64,000 bases of DNA, taken from the NCBI GenBank assembly GCA_964403515.1, contig CAYOGL010000022.1, positions 1,078 through 65,077 of the forward strand, in the 5' to 3' direction. Made by a program: the position numbers and the translations under genes. Shown here one piece after another: positions 9,810-20,585 of this stretch. The DNA comes from an uncultured Burkholderiales bacterium (lineage in GTDB: Bacteria; Pseudomonadota; Gammaproteobacteria; Burkholderiales; Usitatibacteraceae). Below the pieces are notes generated by a model, which searched no databases, was not told the DNA's origin, and worked only from the letters and a program-made list of their open reading frames with translations. How positions within the stretch are numbered: position 1 is the stretch's first letter; the number at the start of each line of letters is the position of its first letter.

Positions 9810-10547
9810 ATGCCCGAGATCGCGAATCCTCTCTACAAACACGTCAAGAATCGCATCGTCGAGTCGCTGCGAAAAGGCGACTGGAAGCCCGGGCAGATGC
9901 TGCCCAATGAATCGAGCCTCGCCGCGCTCTATGACGTCAGCATCTCCACGGTGCGCGCCGCTGTCGGCGAGCTGGCCCAAGCGGGACTCGTGCTGCGACG
10001 TCCGGGCCGGGGCACGTTCGTCGCCGTACATGGCGACGAAGACAGCGTCTATCGCTTTTTCAACGTGGTGCGCGACGGCGGCGACAAGGAGTTGCCGGTC
10101 AGCCAGTTGATCTCGCTTTCGAAATCCACCGCGGACGACGAGGCCGCGGATGCCCTGCAGCTGCCGCGATCGGGCGGAACCCCTGAAGTCTTCAGGATGC
10201 GCAACGTGTTGCGCATCGGAGAACTGCCTGTCGTCGTCTCCGACATCACGATACCCGTGCGATTGTTCAAGGGACTCGGCGTCAAGATGATCCGCGAGCA
10301 CGGCAAGACGCTCTATGCCCTGTTCCAGCAGCGGTTCGGCGTGACGATCGTGAGGATCCAGGAAGAGCTGAAGGCGATCCCCGCGGACGCTGCCGCGTGC
10401 GAGTACTTCGGCGTGAAGCCGAAAGATCCGGTCCTCGGGCTGAGGCGGATCGCCTATACGTTCAATGGCTTGCCCGTCGAGGTGCGCCAGAGCCGCATCG
10501 ACACGAGGTCGACGCATTATCGGTTCGCGCAGGGCGACGACATCTAA
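9810..10547 (+). CDS. GntR (HutC/UTRA-type) transcriptional regulator
   Basis: WKPGQMLPNESSLA...VSISTVRAA...RRPGRGTFV plus UTRA-like C-terminus. Confidence 0.92.
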   Translation: MPEIANPLYKHVKNRIVESLRKGDWKPGQMLPNESSLAALYDVSISTVRAAVGELAQAGLVLRRPGRGTFVAVHGDEDSVYRFFNVVRDGGDKELPVSQLISLSKSTADDEAADALQLPRSGGTPEVFRMRNVLRIGELPVVVSDITIPVRLFKGLGVKMIREHGKTLYALFQQRFGVTIVRIQEELKAIPADAAACEYFGVKPKDPVLGLRRIAYTFNGLPVEVRQSRIDTRSTHYRFAQGDDI

Positions 10548-10659
10548 TATCGGCGTCGCCCGCGAGTCATGAATCTGGCACTTTCCGCCCTGAAATCCCG
10601 CGCGGCGGCTTCGAGGCGGGCTAGAATGCAGCCGTCTCGCTCACCTGGAGGAGGGTGAA

Positions 10660-12249
10660 ATGAACGGACGCGGCAGGCTCGTCCGCGGCCTGGGTTTCGT
10701 CGTTCTTGCCATGGCGACGTTGCTCCCGGCCGCGGGTCTCGCGCAGCAGAAGGTCCTGAAGTTCATCCCGCAGGCGGACCTGCGGATCCTCGATCCCATC
10801 ACGACGACGGCGTACATCACCCGCAACCACGGGTACATGGTGTACGACACGCTCTTCGCGATCGACGCGAAATTCAACGTGCGGCCGCAGATGGTGGACA
10901 AGTACGAGGTGAGCGCCGACAAGCTCACGTACACCTTCACCCTGCGCGACGGGCTCAAGTTCCACGACGGGCAGCCGGTGCGATCCGCCGACTGCATCGC
11001 CTCCATCGAGCGCTGGGCGAAGCGCGACGCGCTGGGGCAGAAGCTCGCCGAGGCGACCGACGCGTGGAAGGCCGTGAACGACAAGACGTTCACGCTGCAT
11101 CTCAAGAAGCCGTTCGGGCTCGTGCTCGACGCGCTCGCCAAGCCCTCGTCCAACGTCCCGTTCATCATGCCCGAGCGGATCGCGAAGACCGATGCGTTCA
11201 CCAACATCACCGACGCGACCGGCTCCGGTCCCTTCAAGTTCGTGAAGGAGGAATGGGTCCCCGGCAACAAGGTCGTGTATGTGAAGAACACCGACTACGT
11301 GCCGCGCAAGGAGCCGCCCTCCTGGGCCTCGGGCGGCAAGGTCGTGAAGGTCGATCGCGTCGAATGGATCTACATTCCCGACTCGGCCACCGCGGCCGCC
11401 GCGCTGAACGCCGGGGAAGCCGACTGGTGGGAGCAGCTTCCGCCGGACCTCATTCCGGTCCTCGCTAAGAACAAGCAGATCAAGGTCGAGAACATCGATC
11501 CGCTCGGCTCGATGGGCGTGCTGCGCTTCAACTTCCTATTCCCGCCGTTCGACAACCAGAAGATGCGCCAGGCGATCCTCTACGTCCTCGACCAGAAGGA
11601 CTACGTGCTCGGGATCGCGGGCAGCATGAAGAACGGCCGCACGTGCTACTCGTACTTCACGTGCGGGACGCCGCTTTCGAGCGAGGTGGGCGCCGAGCCG
11701 ATGAAGGGCAAGCGCGACTTCGACAAGGCGAAGCAGCTCATCAAGGAAGCCGGCTACAAGGGCGAGAAGATCGTGATCATCTCCGCGACCGACCAGCCGA
11801 TCGTCCACTCGCAGACGCTCCTCACCGCCGAGCTGCTCAAGAAGCTCGGGCTGAACGTCGAGATCCAGGCGGGCGACTGGGGAACGCTCATTTCCCGGCG
11901 CGCGATGAAGAACCCGATCGACAAGGGCGGGTGGTCGATCTTCCACACCTGGCTCGTGGGACCCGACCTCACGTCGCCCGCGGTGAATTTCGCGATCCGC
12001 GGCTCGGGCGACAAGGCGTGGTTCGGATGGCCGAACGATCCCACGCTCGAGAAGCTGCGCGACGACTGGTTCGCCGCGACGGACCCCGCGGCCTCGAAGA
12101 AGGCGGCCGAAGCGGTGCAGAAGCGCGCGTTCGAGTTCGTGCCGTACGTGCCGACCGCCCAGTTCATCCTGCCCACCGCGTACCGCACGAATCTCAGCGG
12201 CGTCATCATCGCCCCGGTGACGTTCATGTGGAACGTCGAGAAGCACTAG
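10660..12249 (+). CDS. ABC transporter peptide/nickel-type substrate-binding protein
   Basis: DLRILDP, YDTLFAID, YTFTLRDGLKFHDG, GSGPFKF family-5 motifs; signal peptide. Confidence 0.93.
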   Translation: MNGRGRLVRGLGFVVLAMATLLPAAGLAQQKVLKFIPQADLRILDPITTTAYITRNHGYMVYDTLFAIDAKFNVRPQMVDKYEVSADKLTYTFTLRDGLKFHDGQPVRSADCIASIERWAKRDALGQKLAEATDAWKAVNDKTFTLHLKKPFGLVLDALAKPSSNVPFIMPERIAKTDAFTNITDATGSGPFKFVKEEWVPGNKVVYVKNTDYVPRKEPPSWASGGKVVKVDRVEWIYIPDSATAAAALNAGEADWWEQLPPDLIPVLAKNKQIKVENIDPLGSMGVLRFNFLFPPFDNQKMRQAILYVLDQKDYVLGIAGSMKNGRTCYSYFTCGTPLSSEVGAEPMKGKRDFDKAKQLIKEAGYKGEKIVIISATDQPIVHSQTLLTAELLKKLGLNVEIQAGDWGTLISRRAMKNPIDKGGWSIFHTWLVGPDLTSPAVNFAIRGSGDKAWFGWPNDPTLEKLRDDWFAATDPAASKKAAEAVQKRAFEFVPYVPTAQFILPTAYRTNLSGVIIAPVTFMWNVEKH

Positions 12250-12299
12250 CGATTGTCCGCACGAGCGCCGATCGCTAGCCGCCGCATCGGGAGCGGCGG

Positions 12300-13244
12300 A
12301 TGACGCGCTACGTCGTCCGCCGGCTCCTCTCGACCGTCGTGGTGATGGGCGTCGTGGCGTTCGTCGTCTTCTCGCTGCTCTACCTCACGCCCGGCGACCC
12401 GGCGGCGGTGATCGCGGGCGACATCGCGACCGACGAGGACATCCGCCGCATCCGCCTGCACCTCGGCCTCGACGATCCGTTCCTGGTGCGCTTCGGGCAC
12501 TGGGTATGGGGGCTGCTGCACGGCGACCTCGGGACCTCGATCTTCACCAACCTTCCCGTCGCGCACCTCATCGCCCAGCGCGTGGAGCCGACGCTCTCGC
12601 TCACGCTCTGCACGCTCGTGGTGTCGATCCTGGTCTCGATCCCGCTCGGCATGCTCGCCGCGGCGAAGGCCGGCACGTGGCTCGATCGCGGCGTCATGGC
12701 GTTCTCCGTGCTCGGATTCTCGATGCCGGTCTTCGTGATCGCCTATGCGCTGATCCTCACGCTGTCGGTGCGCTTCGAGATCCTGCCCGTGCAGGGGTAT
12801 CGCAGCTTCCACGAGGGCGTGTGGGAATGGCTGCGTCATCTCATCCTTCCCAGCATCGCGCTGGGCACCGTGTACATCGCGCTCATCACGCGCATGACGC
12901 GGGCGAGCATGCTCGACGTGCTCTCGCACGACTACATCCGCACCGCCGAGGCGAAAGGGCTCGCCCCCGGGCAGGTGCTGATCGGCCACGCGCTGAAGAA
13001 CGCGGCCATTCCCGTCGTGACCACGATCGGCGTGGGCGTGGCGCTGCTGATCAGCGGCGCGATCGTGACCGAGACGGTCTTCGCGCTCCCGGGGATCGGG
13101 CGGCTCACCGTGGATGCGATCCTGCGGCGCGACTACCCGGTGATCCAGGGCGTGACGCTCATCTTCTCGGCGATCTACGTGCTGGTGAACCTCGCCGTCG
13201 ACGTTTCGTACGTTTTCTTCGATCCGCGGGTGCGCTACACATGA
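12300..13244 (+). CDS. Peptide ABC permease (DppB/OppB-like)
   Basis: PGDPA, DYIRTAEAKGL EAA loop, ETVFALPGIG. Confidence 0.93.
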   Translation: MTRYVVRRLLSTVVVMGVVAFVVFSLLYLTPGDPAAVIAGDIATDEDIRRIRLHLGLDDPFLVRFGHWVWGLLHGDLGTSIFTNLPVAHLIAQRVEPTLSLTLCTLVVSILVSIPLGMLAAAKAGTWLDRGVMAFSVLGFSMPVFVIAYALILTLSVRFEILPVQGYRSFHEGVWEWLRHLILPSIALGTVYIALITRMTRASMLDVLSHDYIRTAEAKGLAPGQVLIGHALKNAAIPVVTTIGVGVALLISGAIVTETVFALPGIGRLTVDAILRRDYPVIQGVTLIFSAIYVLVNLAVDVSYVFFDPRVRYT

Positions 13245-14131
13245 GCACGGCGACGGTCGCACCCGAAGGGCTCACGGGTCGGTCGGTCTCGCCGACCTGG
13301 AAGCGGCTGCGCGACGCGTTCCGGCGCCACCCGACCGCGATCGTGGGCGCGGCAATCCTGCTCGCGATGATCGGCGCCGCGGTCTTCGCCCCATGGCTGC
13401 ACACCGTGGATCCGGAAGCGGTCTCGCCCATCAAGCGCATCCGTCCGCCCTCGGAGGTCGCCTGGTTCGGCACGGACATGCTCGGGCGTGATGTCTACAG
13501 CCGCGTGATCTACGGCGCGCGCGTCTCGCTCGAGGTGGGGCTCTCGGTCGCCCTCCTCTCGACCCTCGTCGGCCTCGCGATCGGCCTCGTCACCGGCTAC
13601 GTGCGCGTGCTCGACGCGCTCGTGATGCGCGTGATGGACGGGCTCATGTCGATTCCCTCGGTGCTGCTGGCGATCGCGCTCGTGGCGCTCACCAAGGCGA
13701 GCGTGGGGAACGTGATCGCCGCCATCGCGATCGCGGAGGCGCCGCGCGTCGTGCGGCTCGTGCGAAGCCTCGTGCTCACGCTGCGGGAGCAGCCCTACGT
13801 CGAGGCGGCGATCGCGGCCGGGACGCCGATGCCGAAGATCCTCGTTCGCCACCTGTTGCCGAACCTCGTGGCCCCGTTGCTCGTGCAGGGGACGTACGTC
13901 TGCGGCTCGGCGATGATCACCGAGGCGATCCTTTCGTTCATCGGTGCCGGCACGCCACCCAACATCCCGAGCTGGGGCAACATCATGGCCGAGGGTCGCA
14001 GCCTGGTGCAGATCGCGCCGCACCTGCTGCTCTATCCCGGGATCTTCCTGTCCGTGACCGTGCTCGCGGTGAACCTGCTGGGCGACGGCATGCGCGATGC
14101 GCTCGACCCGCGGCTCGCGCGGCGCATGTAG
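13241..14131 (+). CDS. Peptide ABC permease (DppC/OppC-like)
   Basis: [33 protein letters not shown]. Confidence 0.93.
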   Translation: MSTATVAPEGLTGRSVSPTWKRLRDAFRRHPTAIVGAAILLAMIGAAVFAPWLHTVDPEAVSPIKRIRPPSEVAWFGTDMLGRDVYSRVIYGARVSLEVGLSVALLSTLVGLAIGLVTGYVRVLDALVMRVMDGLMSIPSVLLAIALVALTKASVGNVIAAIAIAEAPRVVRLVRSLVLTLREQPYVEAAIAAGTPMPKILVRHLLPNLVAPLLVQGTYVCGSAMITEAILSFIGAGTPPNIPSWGNIMAEGRSLVQIAPHLLLYPGIFLSVTVLAVNLLGDGMRDALDPRLARRM

Positions 14132-15166
14132 ATGAACGCGCCCGAGGCGAGCGTCGTCACGCCGGCCGGCGCCCTCCCCGGCGCCGCGCCGCTTCTCTCG
14201 GTCGAAGAGCTGAGGACGCACTTCTTCACGCGCGACGGCATCGTGCGGGCGGTGGACGGTGTGTCGTTCACGGTCGCGCGCGGCGAGACGCTCGCGATCG
14301 TGGGCGAATCCGGTTGCGGCAAGAGCGTGACCTCGCTCTCCATCCTGCGGCTGATCGCATCTCCGCCAGGGCGCATCGTGCACGGACGCGTGATGTTCGA
14401 AGGCCGCGACCTGCTGAAGCTGCCGGTGCCCGAGATGCGCCGCATCCGCGGCGACGCGATCTCGATGATCTTCCAGGAGCCGATGACCTCGTTGAACCCG
14501 GTGCTCACCATCGGCCGCCAGATCGCCGAGGTTCTCAAGCTGCACCGCGGTCTCTCGCGCGAGGACGCGGCGCGCCATGTGCTCGAGGCGCTGCGCCTCG
14601 TGCACATTCCAGAGCCCGAGCGGCGCATCCGCCAGTATCCGCACGAGCTTTCGGGCGGCATGCGCCAGCGGGTGATGATCGCGATGGCGCTCGCGTGCGA
14701 GCCGCGGCTGCTCATCGCCGACGAGCCGACCACCGCGCTCGATGTCACCATCCAGGCGCAGATCCTCGACCTCATGCGCGAATTGTCGAGCCGCACGGGT
14801 GCCGCCATCGTCCTCATCACGCACGACCTCGGCGTGGTCGCGGAGATGGCACAGCGCGTGGTCGTGATGTATGCCGGGCGCAAGGTCGAGGAAGCGCCGG
14901 TCCGCGACCTCTTCGCGCGCCCGCGGCATCCGTACACGCGCGGTCTCCTCGATTCCATGCCGAAGCTCAAGGCGGCCACGCGCGGGCAACGCCTCGTCGA
15001 AATCCCCGGCACCGTTCCTTCGCTCATGGAGCCGATTCCCGGCTGCCTCTTCGCGCCGCGCTGCCCGCTCGCCGCGGAGCGTTGCCGCCGCGAATCGCCG
15101 CCGCTCGAGGAGAAGGCGCCCGGCCACTCGGCCGCATGCTGGTTTTCGGAGCGGGTGACACCGTGA
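14132..15166 (+). CDS. Peptide ABC ATP-binding protein (DppD-like)
   Basis: GESGCGKS Walker [17 protein letters not shown]-terminal Cys motif. Confidence 0.94.
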   Translation: MNAPEASVVTPAGALPGAAPLLSVEELRTHFFTRDGIVRAVDGVSFTVARGETLAIVGESGCGKSVTSLSILRLIASPPGRIVHGRVMFEGRDLLKLPVPEMRRIRGDAISMIFQEPMTSLNPVLTIGRQIAEVLKLHRGLSREDAARHVLEALRLVHIPEPERRIRQYPHELSGGMRQRVMIAMALACEPRLLIADEPTTALDVTIQAQILDLMRELSSRTGAAIVLITHDLGVVAEMAQRVVVMYAGRKVEEAPVRDLFARPRHPYTRGLLDSMPKLKAATRGQRLVEIPGTVPSLMEPIPGCLFAPRCPLAAERCRRESPPLEEKAPGHSAACWFSERVTP

Positions 15167-16167
15167 GCGCCGCGCAACCGCTCCTCGAGGTCGCGCACCT
15201 CACCAAGCATTTCCCGGTGCGCGGCGGGCTCCTCGGGCGCGCGAGCGGCGAAGTGCACGCGGTCGACGACGTGAGCTTCGCGATCGGCGAGGGCGAGACG
15301 CTCGGGCTCGTGGGCGAAAGCGGCTGCGGGAAATCGACGCTCGGCAGGACCGTGCTGCGCCTGGTCGATCCGACGGCCGGCAGCATCCGCTGGCGCGGCG
15401 AGCCCATCGAAGGCCTGCACGGCGCGGCGATGCGCCCGTATCGGCGCCAGCTCCAGGCGGTTTTCCAGGACCCGTATGCGTCGCTGAATCCGCGCATGCG
15501 CGCCGCGGACATCGTCGCCGAGCCGATCCGCAATTTCGAAAGCGCACCGCGGGCGCAGGTGCTCGAGCGCGTGGCGTGGCTCTTCGAGCGCGTGGGCCTC
15601 AGGCCCGACCAGCTGGGCAAGTATCCCTACGAGTTCTCGGGCGGCCAGCGCCAGCGGCTCGGCATCGCGCGCGCCCTCGCCCCGCGGCCGCGGCTCATCG
15701 TCTGCGACGAGCCCGTGTCCGCGCTCGACGTCTCGGTGCAGGCGCAGGTCATCAACCTGCTCGTCGACCTGCAGCGGGAATTCGCGCTCTCGTACCTCTT
15801 CGTCGCGCACGACCTCGCGGTGGTCGAGCACATCAGCCATCGGGTCGCGGTGATGTACCTCGGGCGCATGGTGGAGCTCGCGGCGACGCGCGAGATCTTC
15901 GACCATCCCCTGCACCCGTACACCGAGGCGCTGCTCTCCGCCGTGCCCGTTCCCGATCCGACGGCGCGCAGGAAGCGCATCATCCTCGCGGGCGACGTGC
16001 CGAGCCCGATCAAGCCGCCCGCCGGCTGCCGCTTCCACACGCGTTGCCCCTACGCGTTCGATCGCTGCCGCAACGAGGAGCCGAAGCTGGTCGAGGTGGC
16101 GCCGCAGCACTACGCCGCCTGCCACCTGCGCGAGCCGGCCTCCGCGACCTCGAAGACCCCGGAGTAA
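15163..16167 (+). CDS. Peptide ABC ATP-binding protein (DppF-like)
   Basis: GTG start overlapping the previous stop; [31 protein letters not shown]. Confidence 0.92.
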   Translation: MSAAQPLLEVAHLTKHFPVRGGLLGRASGEVHAVDDVSFAIGEGETLGLVGESGCGKSTLGRTVLRLVDPTAGSIRWRGEPIEGLHGAAMRPYRRQLQAVFQDPYASLNPRMRAADIVAEPIRNFESAPRAQVLERVAWLFERVGLRPDQLGKYPYEFSGGQRQRLGIARALAPRPRLIVCDEPVSALDVSVQAQVINLLVDLQREFALSYLFVAHDLAVVEHISHRVAVMYLGRMVELAATREIFDHPLHPYTEALLSAVPVPDPTARRKRIILAGDVPSPIKPPAGCRFHTRCPYAFDRCRNEEPKLVEVAPQHYAACHLREPASATSKTPE

Positions 16168-16172
16168 GCGCC

Positions 16173-17648
16173 ATGCGCTTCGTCATCGCCCAGATGCAGC
16201 ACGAGACGAACACGTTCTCGCCCGTTCCCACGCCTTGGGAAGCGTTCGGCAACCATGGCCCGTCGATCGGGCGCGAGGCGCTCGAAGCGATCGAGGGCAC
16301 GCGCGTGCCGATGGCGGCGTTCATCGATCTCGCGCGCAGGCAAGGCGCGGAGATCGTGACACCGGTGGCCGCGTGGGCCAATCCGAGCGGACCGGTGGAC
16401 GCCGGGGCCTACGACCGGATCTGCACACTCGTGTGCGACGCAGTGCGCACGGGATGCGACGCGATATTCCTCGACCTGCACGGTGCGATGGTGGTCGATG
16501 GCCGCACCGACGACGGCGAAGGCACGTTGCTCGAGCGCATTCGCGCGATCGCACCGGACACGCCCATCGCCGTGTCGCTCGACCTGCACGCGAACGTGAC
16601 CGGCCGCATGGTGCGCAACTGCAATGTGATCGCGGGGTACAAGACGTATCCGCACGTCGATGGCTACGAGGCGGGCGAGCTTGCGGGCAGCATGCTGCTG
16701 CGCAAGCTGCGAGGCGAGATCGACCCCGTCATGGCATGGGGCAACCGGCCGCTCCTCGCCCACACGCTGCGCCAGAACACGAGTGAAGGCCCGATGCGCG
16801 ACTTCGTGGAAGCGGCCCGCGCGGCGGAGCGTCGCGGCATGCTCGCCGCGAGCGCGTTCGGCGGGTTCCAGCTCGCCGACATCCACGATGCGGGCGTGAG
16901 CGCCATCGTCGTGGCCGATCGCGATCGCGCCGCGGCGCAGGCCGCCTGCGACGCGATTCTCGATGCGGCGTGGCAGCGCAAGGAGGATTTCATCTACCGC
17001 GGCCGCGCCCTCGAAGAAGCGCTCGTCGAGGCGAAGCGCCTCGGAGAGCAAAGCGGCGGGCCGGTGCTGCTGCTCGATCACGCCGACAACTGCGCTTCGG
17101 GCGCGACGCAGGACACGATGCACGTCCTCGAGGCCGCGCTTCGCCTCGGCCTCGGCGGCATCGCGATGGGCCCGGTGCGCGATTCCGAGGCCGTGGCGCG
17201 CATGGTCGAAGCGGGCATCGGCAACCGCGTCACGTTGCCCGTCGGCGGCAAGGCGGACATGCCGGCGATCGGCCGCAAGGGCGAGCCGATGGAGCTCACC
17301 GGCGTCGTGCGCAACATCACCGACGGCGAGTACACGATCACCGGCCCGCAATTCACCGGCATGCGCTGCTACATGGGCAGGACCGCCGTGCTCGATACCG
17401 GGCGCGCGCAGATCGTCGTGACCGAGCGCAACCAGGAGCCGTGGGATCGCGGCGTCTTCGAGAGCGTCGGCATCCGCCCCGAGAAGCAGCGCTACCTGCT
17501 GCTCAAGTCGCGCATGTACTATCGCCCGGTGTTCCTGCCGATCGCCAAGGGCTCGGTGTTGTGCGACGGCGTGGGCGTGGCCTCCTCCGACTGGAAGCAG
17601 TTCGAGTACCGCAAGATCCGCCGCCCGATCTATCCGCTCGACGAATGA
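16173..17648 (+). CDS. M81 (MlrC-like) metallopeptidase
   Basis: QHETNTFSP, LDLHGAMV, SLDLHAN, YKTYPHVD. Confidence 0.92.
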   Translation: MRFVIAQMQHETNTFSPVPTPWEAFGNHGPSIGREALEAIEGTRVPMAAFIDLARRQGAEIVTPVAAWANPSGPVDAGAYDRICTLVCDAVRTGCDAIFLDLHGAMVVDGRTDDGEGTLLERIRAIAPDTPIAVSLDLHANVTGRMVRNCNVIAGYKTYPHVDGYEAGELAGSMLLRKLRGEIDPVMAWGNRPLLAHTLRQNTSEGPMRDFVEAARAAERRGMLAASAFGGFQLADIHDAGVSAIVVADRDRAAAQAACDAILDAAWQRKEDFIYRGRALEEALVEAKRLGEQSGGPVLLLDHADNCASGATQDTMHVLEAALRLGLGGIAMGPVRDSEAVARMVEAGIGNRVTLPVGGKADMPAIGRKGEPMELTGVVRNITDGEYTITGPQFTGMRCYMGRTAVLDTGRAQIVVTERNQEPWDRGVFESVGIRPEKQRYLLLKSRMYYRPVFLPIAKGSVLCDGVGVASSDWKQFEYRKIRRPIYPLDE

Positions 17649-19093
17649 CCATGGCCCAGCACGACCTCGTGATCCGCAATGCGACCGTCGTCGACGGCTC
17701 GGGAGCGCCACGGTACAACGCCGACATCGGCGTGCAGCGCGGCGTGATCTGCGCCATCGGCCGCGACTTGGCGCCGGGTTCGCACGAGATCGACGCCACG
17801 GGCCTCGTCGCAGCGCCGGGTTTCATCGATGCGCACACGCACGACGATCGGCTGATGCTTTCGGCGCCGGAGATGGCGCCCAAGGTGAGCCAGGGCGTCA
17901 CCACGGTCGTCGCGGGCAATTGCGGGATCTCGCTCGCACCCGCGCCGCACGGCATGGCGCGCCCCGTCACGCCACCGCTCGACCTGCTCGACGACGAGGG
18001 CTCGTGGTTCCGGTTTCCGACGTTCGGAGCCTACGTCGAGGCGCTGCACGCGAGCCCTGCCGCCACCAACTGCGCGCTCCTCGTCGGCCACAGCGCGCTT
18101 CGCCTCCAGACCGTTTCCGATGTGAACCGGCCCGCGACGGCCGCGGAACAGGCCGAGATGCGCGCTCTCGCGGATGAGGCGCTCGCGGCGGGCGCGATCG
18201 GCATCTCGACGGGGCTCTGGTACGAGCCCGCGCGCGCGGCGACGACCGAAGAGGTGATCGAGGTATGCCGCCCGCTTACCGCAAGAGGCGCGCTCTACTG
18301 CACCCACATGCGCGACGAGGCCGATGCGGTCACGGCCTCGCTGGAGGAAACCTTTCGCATCGGTCGCGAGCTCGGCGTGCGCGTAGTCATCTCCCACCAC
18401 AAGGTGGCGGGCGTGCGCAACCACGGGCGCTCGCGGGAAACGCTCGCCCTCATCGATCGATGCATGCGGGAACAACCCGTCGGGCTCGACTGCTATCCGT
18501 ACTGCGCATCGTCGACGATCCTCTCGTACGATCGCACGCTGGGTGCCTCGAAGACGCTGGTCACGTGGTCGCGACCGCATCCCGAATTCGCGGGCATGGA
18601 CGTCGAGGCGATCGCCGCGCGCATGGGCATGGGCGTGCGGGAAGCCGTCGAAGCGCTCCTTCCCGCCGGCGCGATCTACTTCTCGATGGACGAAGCGGAC
18701 GTGCAGCGCATCCTCGCCTTCCGCGACACGATGGTCGGCTCCGACGGGTTGCCGCACGACGCGGCCCCGCATCCGCGGCTATGGGGCACGTTTCCGCGCG
18801 TGCTCGGCCACTACGCGCGCGACGTGGGCCTCTTCTCGCTCGAGACCGCGGTGCACAAGATGACCGGCCTCACCGCGAAGACCTTCGGGCTCGAAGGGCG
18901 CGGGCTCATCGGAAAGGGCATGGCAGCGGACATCACGCTTTTCGATGCGCAAACAGTCGGCGATGCAGCGACGTTCGAGAAACCCATCAGCGCTGCGCGC
19001 GGGATCGAGACCGTGATCGTGAACGGGGAGATCGTGTGGCGGGACGGCCGGCCGACGGGCGCTCGGCCCGGGCGGGTGCTGGGCAGGGGTTAA
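17645..19093 (+). CDS. N-acyl-D-amino-acid deacylase (D-aminoacylase)
   Basis: APGFIDAHTHDD, GNCGISLAP, YCTHMRDE, GSDGLPH...HPRLWGTFPRVLG. Confidence 0.92.
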   Translation: MTMAQHDLVIRNATVVDGSGAPRYNADIGVQRGVICAIGRDLAPGSHEIDATGLVAAPGFIDAHTHDDRLMLSAPEMAPKVSQGVTTVVAGNCGISLAPAPHGMARPVTPPLDLLDDEGSWFRFPTFGAYVEALHASPAATNCALLVGHSALRLQTVSDVNRPATAAEQAEMRALADEALAAGAIGISTGLWYEPARAATTEEVIEVCRPLTARGALYCTHMRDEADAVTASLEETFRIGRELGVRVVISHHKVAGVRNHGRSRETLALIDRCMREQPVGLDCYPYCASSTILSYDRTLGASKTLVTWSRPHPEFAGMDVEAIAARMGMGVREAVEALLPAGAIYFSMDEADVQRILAFRDTMVGSDGLPHDAAPHPRLWGTFPRVLGHYARDVGLFSLETAVHKMTGLTAKTFGLEGRGLIGKGMAADITLFDAQTVGDAATFEKPISAARGIETVIVNGEIVWRDGRPTGARPGRVLGRG

Positions 19094-19147
19094 GAGCTCA
19101 CCGCATTCTGTCTGGGCCGGCCACCTGTCGCCGCATCAACTGAACTG

Positions 19148-19903
19148 TCATTGCCTCGAGGTCCTACGCCTGGTTGCTTGCTTCGTGGATGTTCGGCCCC
19201 TGCGAGCTTCCCCACGCTCGGATCGATGCGGCTTGGAAGAGGATTGCCGCCGCTCGATTTCGGCAAGGCCGGCCACGAGGTTCGTGAGGGAGAGCTCCCG
19301 CTGGGTGTGCTCGGCGGCCGAACCATCGCCCGATGCTATTGCCCTTACCAGCCGGCGCCAGTTGGCGAGCGATTCCTGACGGCGCTCGACGCCCGCCAGC
19401 CCCAATCGCGCATACCGCCCGAAACGCTGAGAGAACTCCTCGATGTAATGGGCGAGCTGCTGATTCTGCGAGAGCCGCGCTATCGTCGCCACCATCGCCG
19501 TGCTCGCCCGCGCATAAAGGATCCCATTGTCGGCAGCCTGCTCGAGCGCCTTCAGTCCCGCCCGCAGCTGCGCCAACTCCTCGGGCGTCAAAAGCTCGGC
19601 GCACCGTCGGGCTGCGAGGCCCAGCAGCGCCGCCCGCATCTCGAACAAGTCCTTGAGCTCCTTGGAAGAAAGCTCCGTCACCCGGGCGCCGTGCTGCGGC
19701 ACGATGTGCACCAAGCCGCGATGTTCGAGGATTCGCAGGCCCTCCCGGACGGTAGCCCGGCTTACACCGAACAACGCCGCCAGCTCGGTCTCCTTCAGCC
19801 GCTCTCCGGGCGCGTAGTGCTCCTCGACGATGCCGGCGCCGATGCGTTCCGCGATCTGCAGGGGCAACGTCGCAGTCAGCTTGGGGTTGAAGCGATAAGC
19901 CAT
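19148..19903 (-). CDS. GntR (FCD-type) transcriptional regulator, divergent from the carboxylase cluster
   Basis: YAPGERLKETELA..FGVSRATVREGLRILEHRGLV; start at MAYRF. Confidence 0.9.
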   Translation of the reverse strand: MAYRFNPKLTATLPLQIAERIGAGIVEEHYAPGERLKETELAALFGVSRATVREGLRILEHRGLVHIVPQHGARVTELSSKELKDLFEMRAALLGLAARRCAELLTPEELAQLRAGLKALEQAADNGILYARASTAMVATIARLSQNQQLAHYIEEFSQRFGRYARLGLAGVERRQESLANWRRLVRAIASGDGSAAEHTQRELSLTNLVAGLAEIERRQSSSKPHRSERGEARRGRTSTKQATRRRTSRQ

Positions 19904-19963
19904 GGTGGAGGTCGGGACGGGCGCGTGACATCGGCTCGTTTGATTGTCATTCCCACTTGCCAC

Positions 19964-19975
19964 AATGTCGACATT
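19964..19975. promoter_or_regulatory. Putative GntR/FadR-type operator
   Basis: Perfect palindrome AATGTCGACATT in the AT-richer divergent intergenic gap. Confidence 0.5.
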
Positions 19976-20084
19976 CCAATAGTATCGTTTCACGAGCTTC
20001 TTGTCGTTCCACGTTTCCATCCCAAGCCCCGGATCGCCATTCCCCGATGGCGAGCCCGCGCGCCGCAGATTGCAAGAGGACCAG

Positions 20085-20585
20085 ATGGGACTCACCCACG
20101 AAGACGTCGAGCGCATCCTGCGGATCATCGACGAATCGGGTTACAACGAAATCAGGATCGAATACGGCGACCTGAAGCTGCATGTGGTGCGCCAGGGAGC
20201 CGCGGCGGCGTCCCCCGCGCCCGATGCGACCGCGAGCGTTCCGGAGCAACGACGTTCATCCGGGCCGACCGCGCCGCAACCGACTCCCGCGGTCGAGACA
20301 AGGCAGGCAGCAAGTGTTTCCGCACTACCTCCGGGCGCCGTGGTGGTGCGCGCGCCGATGCTTGGAACCTTTTACCGGGCGCAGTCGCCAGGTAGCCCGC
20401 CTTTCGTCGAGGCGGGTTCCGAGGTGCGCGCCGACACGACCGTGTGCCTGATCGAGGTGATGAAGCTCTTCAACACACTGAAGGCCGGCGTCGAGGGCCG
20501 GGTGCTGCAGTTCCTGGTGGAAAACGGAAGCATGGTCGAATACGACCAGCCGCTCATCGTGATCGAGCCGAAGGCGAAAGAGTGA
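20085..20585 (+). CDS. Biotin carboxyl carrier protein
   Basis: VRAPMLGTFY, IEVMKLFN biotinylation motif. Confidence 0.93.
   Translation: MGLTHEDVERILRIIDESGYNEIRIEYGDLKLHVVRQGAAAASPAPDATASVPEQRRSSGPTAPQPTPAVETRQAASVSALPPGAVVVRAPMLGTFYRAQSPGSPPFVEAGSEVRADTTVCLIEVMKLFNTLKAGVEGRVLQFLVENGSMVEYDQPLIVIEPKAKE

Noticed and set aside
10575-10600. Sigma54 promoter (TGGCAC) upstream of the ABC SBP
   Set aside because: The -12 TTGC element is absent at the required spacing.
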